A DNA stretch of 64,000 bases from Myxococcales bacterium (GTDB taxonomy: Bacteria > Myxococcota_A > Polyangia > Polyangiales > Polyangiaceae): positions 1-64,000 of the forward strand of contig JAYTOU010000023.1 in NCBI GenBank assembly GCA_043747615.1. Reading direction: 5' to 3'. Below are positions 60,082 through 64,000 of this stretch, one piece after another. Each line of letters starts with the position of its first letter. Within the stretch, counting starts at the first letter, position 1. The notes below the pieces were generated by a model, which was given only the letters and a program-made list of their open reading frames with translations, made no database searches and was not told the origin of the DNA. A program made the position numbers and the translations under genes.

Positions 60082-61662
60082 ATGGCAGAAGAAAAAAAGC
60101 AGCTCGGAAAGATCCTACTCTCGCGAAGGCTGGTGTCGCCGGAGGCCCTCGACGACGCGCTTCGCGAGCAGACGAAGTCCAACGATCCGAAGCCCCTTGC
60201 GTCCCACCTGACCGAAAAAGGCGTCGTCAGCGAAGAAGACGCCCTGCGCGCTCTCTCCGAGCAGTTCGGCGTGCCCGGGATCGATCTGAGCCAGGTGGCG
60301 ATCCTCCTCGAGCACCTCGACGCCATCCCCCGCGATCACAGCAGCGCAAAGATGATGCTCCCCGTGCTCGTGCGCGGAGACCGCCTTTTTCTGGCGATGG
60401 CGAATCCCGCGGACAAGCGCGTGATCGACGAGCTCGAGTTCGTCTCCGGAAAAAAAGTGTACGCCTACGTGGCCCTGACTGGACCGTTGCAGCGGGCGAT
60501 CGCCGCGTCCTACGACGCAAAGGCCCAAGGTGAAACCCATTATCTGGGGCCGAACGTTCCCCGAGAAACACTCGAACGACTGGGTCAGGCGGCGGGTCGA
60601 ACCGGAGGCACCGCTCCGCCGCTGACCATGGGCAGCCCCAGCGCTCCCGTTGCCGTTCCCCCACGAGCCCGGACGAGCCCGCCGACTGCGTCGACTGCGG
60701 CGCGCGCCGCATCCGAGGCGCCTCGGGTGGTGATCGACGAAGCCATGGAAGCAGTGAGCGCGCGGGCTGAGATGCCCTCGGAGAGTGATTTCGCAGACCT
60801 CGCATCGGACATTTCGCAGCTCGGTCTCGAACCAGTTCGCGGGCTCGATTCCGGCTCCGAGCCCCCGACGCTCACCGGCGAGGCAAAGCTGATCCTCGTC
60901 GTCGACGACGAAGAGGACATCCGAAAAATTCTCCGCCGCGTTCTCACGGAGAAGGGCCATCGAGTGGTCGAAGCGGATCGCGGCCTGCTCGCGCTTCGTT
61001 TGGTGAAGGAGCACGTGCCCGATCTCATCGTGCTCGACGCAATGCTCCCCGAGCTGCACGGCTTCGACATCGCCAGGCGGATCAAGGGGAGTGAGAAGTA
61101 CGGCCAGATCCCGATCATCATGATCAGCGCCGTCTACCGCGGCTGGCGCATCGCGGAAGATTTGAAGAACAGCTACGGCATCGAGGCTTACATCGAGAAG
61201 CCGTTCCGGATCGCCGACGTCGTCGCGGCCGTCACTCGCGCGCTCGCAGTGACTGGAAAGCGCCAGTCCGATCACCCCCCGCGGGACCCGGAGAAGGTGA
61301 GCGCCGAGGCAGAGAAGGCGCTCGAAGACGGCGTCGCCGCGTACAAGGCAGGCAACATCGACCAGGCGATCTCGCACCTTCTCCACGGCGTAGCGATCGA
61401 CCCGCTCGCCTATCGCCTGCACTTCCACCTGGCTCTTTTGTACGGAAAAAAAGGCTCCATCTACGAGGGAATTCAGGAGCTCGAGAAGGCCATCGAGCTC
61501 AACCCGAAGCACTTCCCCGCTTTGAAGAACCTGGCGATCCTCTACGAGAAGGCGGGCTTTCGTCACAAAGCCGTGGAGATGTGGGAGCGCTCCGTTCACC
61601 TTGCGCCGGATGCGACCACACGCGCCAAAGTCAAAGAGCACCTAATCAGTCTTCTCGGGTGA
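60082..61662 (+). CDS. MshEN/T2SSE_N + receiver + TPR protein
   Basis: QLGKILL..LVS..LDDAL.EQ (MshEN-like), LAMANP, receiver ILVVDD / LDAMLP / EKP, C-terminal TPRs. Confidence 0.85.
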   Translation: MAEEKKQLGKILLSRRLVSPEALDDALREQTKSNDPKPLASHLTEKGVVSEEDALRALSEQFGVPGIDLSQVAILLEHLDAIPRDHSSAKMMLPVLVRGDRLFLAMANPADKRVIDELEFVSGKKVYAYVALTGPLQRAIAASYDAKAQGETHYLGPNVPRETLERLGQAAGRTGGTAPPLTMGSPSAPVAVPPRARTSPPTASTAARAASEAPRVVIDEAMEAVSARAEMPSESDFADLASDISQLGLEPVRGLDSGSEPPTLTGEAKLILVVDDEEDIRKILRRVLTEKGHRVVEADRGLLALRLVKEHVPDLIVLDAMLPELHGFDIARRIKGSEKYGQIPIIMISAVYRGWRIAEDLKNSYGIEAYIEKPFRIADVVAAVTRALAVTGKRQSDHPPRDPEKVSAEAEKALEDGVAAYKAGNIDQAISHLLHGVAIDPLAYRLHFHLALLYGKKGSIYEGIQELEKAIELNPKHFPALKNLAILYEKAGFRHKAVEMWERSVHLAPDATTRAKVKEHLISLLG

Positions 61663-61741
61663 AAAATGATCACGCGGCCGAAGACCTCGCTGGAGCTGGT
61701 ACGTAGAGAGAGGGTATTCTGAGCCTCGTTCCTCGACCTTC

Positions 61742-63382
61742 ATGAAATTCCTCTGCGAACAGTGCAAGGCGAAGTACCAAATCTCCGACGAGAAGGTCGC
61801 CGGGAAGACCGTGCGCATGAAGTGCCGCAAATGCGGGCACATGATCGAGGTACGCGCGGAGGTCACGGAGACGAGCGTTTCGAAGAGCCTCCCCGGCGGC
61901 GCCGCCCCGACCGCGCCGCACAAGTCGGGGCAGCCGAAGCCCGGCGGCCTCGCCACGAGTCTCTCGGCTGCCGGGCGACCCTCGCCTCCGCGAGCGGCGG
62001 TCCCCTCCACGCGCCCGGCGACGCAGCCGAGCGCGCTCGCGGGTGCGTTTCAAAAAAGTAAGAGCGAGGAGTCCGCGCTCGACGCGTTCGGCTCCAACGA
62101 GTGGTACGTCGCCATCAACGGCGTCCCCGTTGGTCCGGTGCGCGTCTCCGAGCTACGGCGAAAAGCGGCGATGGGCGTCGTCACCGAGGACTCTCTCGTG
62201 TGGCAAGAGGGGCTCGAAGAATGGCGCCCGGTCCGCGCGGTGACCGAGCTCGCCGGCCTGGTACGCGAGGCGGCCGCACGACCTTCGCTCGTCACGCCTC
62301 CGCCCTCCGACGTTCGCCAGAGCACGCCCCCTCCTGGCGCGCCGGCAAGCGCACGCGCTGGATCCGGGGCGCCACGGCCCTCCAACGCTGGCATCGCGCC
62401 GCGCGCATTCAGCGCAACGGCCCCGCAACCGTTCAGTCCGACGAGCGCCGGCGAAGCCCCACGGCCGCCCGTCGCACCAAGCGCACGCAACAACGTCGTG
62501 CCCTTCGCGTCGTCGCGGCTCGCCACTGCCGAAAAATTGGATGCGCCCGACGCTCAGCACCGGGCGGCGCCGCACCCTGCCTCGCTCGTTGCCGCCGATC
62601 CCTTCGCACTCCCGCCAGCTCCCGCAGCCGCCATGCAGTCGGGGGTTACGAGCTCGCCGCTCGGAGTCGCAAATGCATTCGCAGGGTCTGCGCCAGCGCC
62701 GGCAGTCGCGCCCGCCGAGCCGCCCCCTGCTGCTGCGAAGGGTCCGCCGAACTGGATCGCAATCACGATGGTCGTGCTCGCGGCGTCGCTCGGTATCACC
62801 GCCCCAATTGCTTACTTCTTCAAGCCCGCGCCGGTCGCTCCGACGCCGGTCGTCATCACCATGTCGGCCGCGCCCCAGGGTCCACCACCGCCGGTCGCCG
62901 CAACTCCGCCGTCCGCCGAGCCCGCCTCGGTCCCGAGCGCGGCGCCTGACAAACAACCTGGAGCAGTCGTCCGCAACACCGGCGGCCCAAAACCAGCGGC
63001 CCCCCCGCAGGGTGGCGCGAAAATCGATCTTGGCGGTCTCCTTGGCGGGCCAGGAAGTGGTCCGAACGGGGGTCCGGGAGGCGGGGCCGCGGGGTCCAGC
63101 GGATCGTCGCTCACGGGCTCGGCGATCGAATCGGTCGTCCGCTCACACGCTGCCGGCGTGAAGCGAACGTGCTGGGAGCGCGGCGCGAACCAAGAGGCGA
63201 GCGAGAACGTGACCGTGCGCGTGGTCATCGGCAGCAGTGGCGCTGTGCAGAGCGCGTCATCTTCCGGCGGCTCCGATCCCGCGATGTCGAAGTGCATCGA
63301 GAACTCGGTGCGTTCGTGGCAGTTCCCCCCCTCGGGCGGCACCACCAACGTCGACATCCCATTCCACTTCGTCCGCCAATAG
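61742..63382 (+). CDS. Zinc-ribbon + GYF_2 + TM + AgmX/PglI-C (TonB-like) protein, GltJ/AgmX-like
   Basis: CEQC..CRKC; WYVAING..GP..LVWQEGLEEW; TM; VKRTCWE..CIE..VRSWQFP. Confidence 0.8.
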   Translation: MKFLCEQCKAKYQISDEKVAGKTVRMKCRKCGHMIEVRAEVTETSVSKSLPGGAAPTAPHKSGQPKPGGLATSLSAAGRPSPPRAAVPSTRPATQPSALAGAFQKSKSEESALDAFGSNEWYVAINGVPVGPVRVSELRRKAAMGVVTEDSLVWQEGLEEWRPVRAVTELAGLVREAAARPSLVTPPPSDVRQSTPPPGAPASARAGSGAPRPSNAGIAPRAFSATAPQPFSPTSAGEAPRPPVAPSARNNVVPFASSRLATAEKLDAPDAQHRAAPHPASLVAADPFALPPAPAAAMQSGVTSSPLGVANAFAGSAPAPAVAPAEPPPAAAKGPPNWIAITMVVLAASLGITAPIAYFFKPAPVAPTPVVITMSAAPQGPPPPVAATPPSAEPASVPSAAPDKQPGAVVRNTGGPKPAAPPQGGAKIDLGGLLGGPGSGPNGGPGGGAAGSSGSSLTGSAIESVVRSHAAGVKRTCWERGANQEASENVTVRVVIGSSGAVQSASSSGGSDPAMSKCIENSVRSWQFPPSGGTTNVDIPFHFVRQ

Positions 63383-63466
63383 CTCGCGCGAAGCTCGTTC
63401 AGAAAAAGCTCGAATCGGCGTTGAATCACGCAACCCGGCGGTCCGTCGAACCGATGGGCACTCACC

Positions 63467-64000
63467 GTGCTCCCTTTTTCTCGACGCCTGTCCTCTGGTC
63501 CACTTCGCGTGATGCTTTTCGCTCTTGCCATCCTCGTAGCAGCGTCCACCGCGCGTGCCGACGGAGCCCCCGTGACACCGTCCGCGGCCCTGGCGCTGCC
63601 CATCGCCCGACGCATTGCCGAAGACGAGCTCCGGCTGCTCGTGCGCGCGCTTCCGATGGCAGCGCAGCGGCGAGTCTCCGGGGTGTACGTTGCGTTCAAC
63701 CGAGCCACGCCGGAGGTCGACGTGCTTGCCGCGTGCGATGACGACGGTGACTACGCGATCGTGCTCAGCGATCCGCTCCTGCTGACGCTCGACCTCGTCG
63801 CCCAAGCCGCGGCGACCGACGCGACGTTCAGGACGCACAAGCTCGACGAATACGCTGCGTTCGTCGCGGCAGAGCAGCGCCGGGGGAAGCGTTTCCTCCC
63901 GCCCGCGCCCGGCTTTTTCGATCGGGACGAAGCCTCGGACGCATCGAAGCTCGACGTCGAGCGCACTCTCTTCGTCGACGCTATCGCCGCGGTTCTCGCC
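63467..64000 (+). CDS. Partial exported protein, possibly M48-like peptidase (runs off the right edge)
   Basis: Not in the ORF track. Open frame from GTG 63467 or ATG 63512 (MLFALAILVAASTARADG...YAIVLSDPLL...AIAAVLA) ending where an HExxH would be expected. Confidence 0.5.
   Translation, partial: MLPFSRRLSSGPLRVMLFALAILVAASTARADGAPVTPSAALALPIARRIAEDELRLLVRALPMAAQRRVSGVYVAFNRATPEVDVLAACDDDGDYAIVLSDPLLLTLDLVAQAAATDATFRTHKLDEYAAFVAAEQRRGKRFLPPAPGFFDRDEASDASKLDVERTLFVDAIAAVLA

Overview
GC-rich bacterial DNA, most likely from a myxobacterium of the Polyangiales/Polyangiaceae type. The evidence is a MYXO-CTERM-like protease tail, a TIGR04551-like barrel, Ser/Thr kinase plus PEGA/TPR genes, a GltJ/AgmX-like protein and many Cys/Asp-rich lipoproteins. 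The window has four parts. (1) 1-12 kb is an accessory region full of scars: a deleted tyrosine recombinase, a HigBA-like toxin-antitoxin locus broken by inversion, an IS21-like end, a PQQ-propeller/protein-isoaspartate methyltransferase fusion and an adenylate cyclase-PilZ. (2) 12.5-22 kb is a metal block: a P1B-4 ATPase behind an internally deleted RcnR/FrmR-like repressor, a lone CzcA/CusA with a sigma54 promoter, and a TonB-dependent receptor. (3) 24.6-33.6 kb is the most intriguing locus. A REC-EAL phosphodiesterase lies divergent from a translationally coupled operon (HNOB/V4R-like histidine kinase, ThDP enzyme, two catalytically altered citrate-synthase-fold proteins), followed by a Ser/Thr kinase-PilZ and an acyltransferase-3, with a G11 tract in the shared intergenic region. 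It may be an undescribed make-sense-respond signalling circuit acting through c-di-GMP. (4) 33.6-64 kb is mostly core or envelope genes (glgX, malQ, polA, GT2, ihfA-merR, sigma54 regulator, queA-tgt, MshEN-REC-TPR, GltJ-like). No tRNA, rRNA or CRISPR array was seen. All family assignments come from reading motifs by eye; no database searches were run.
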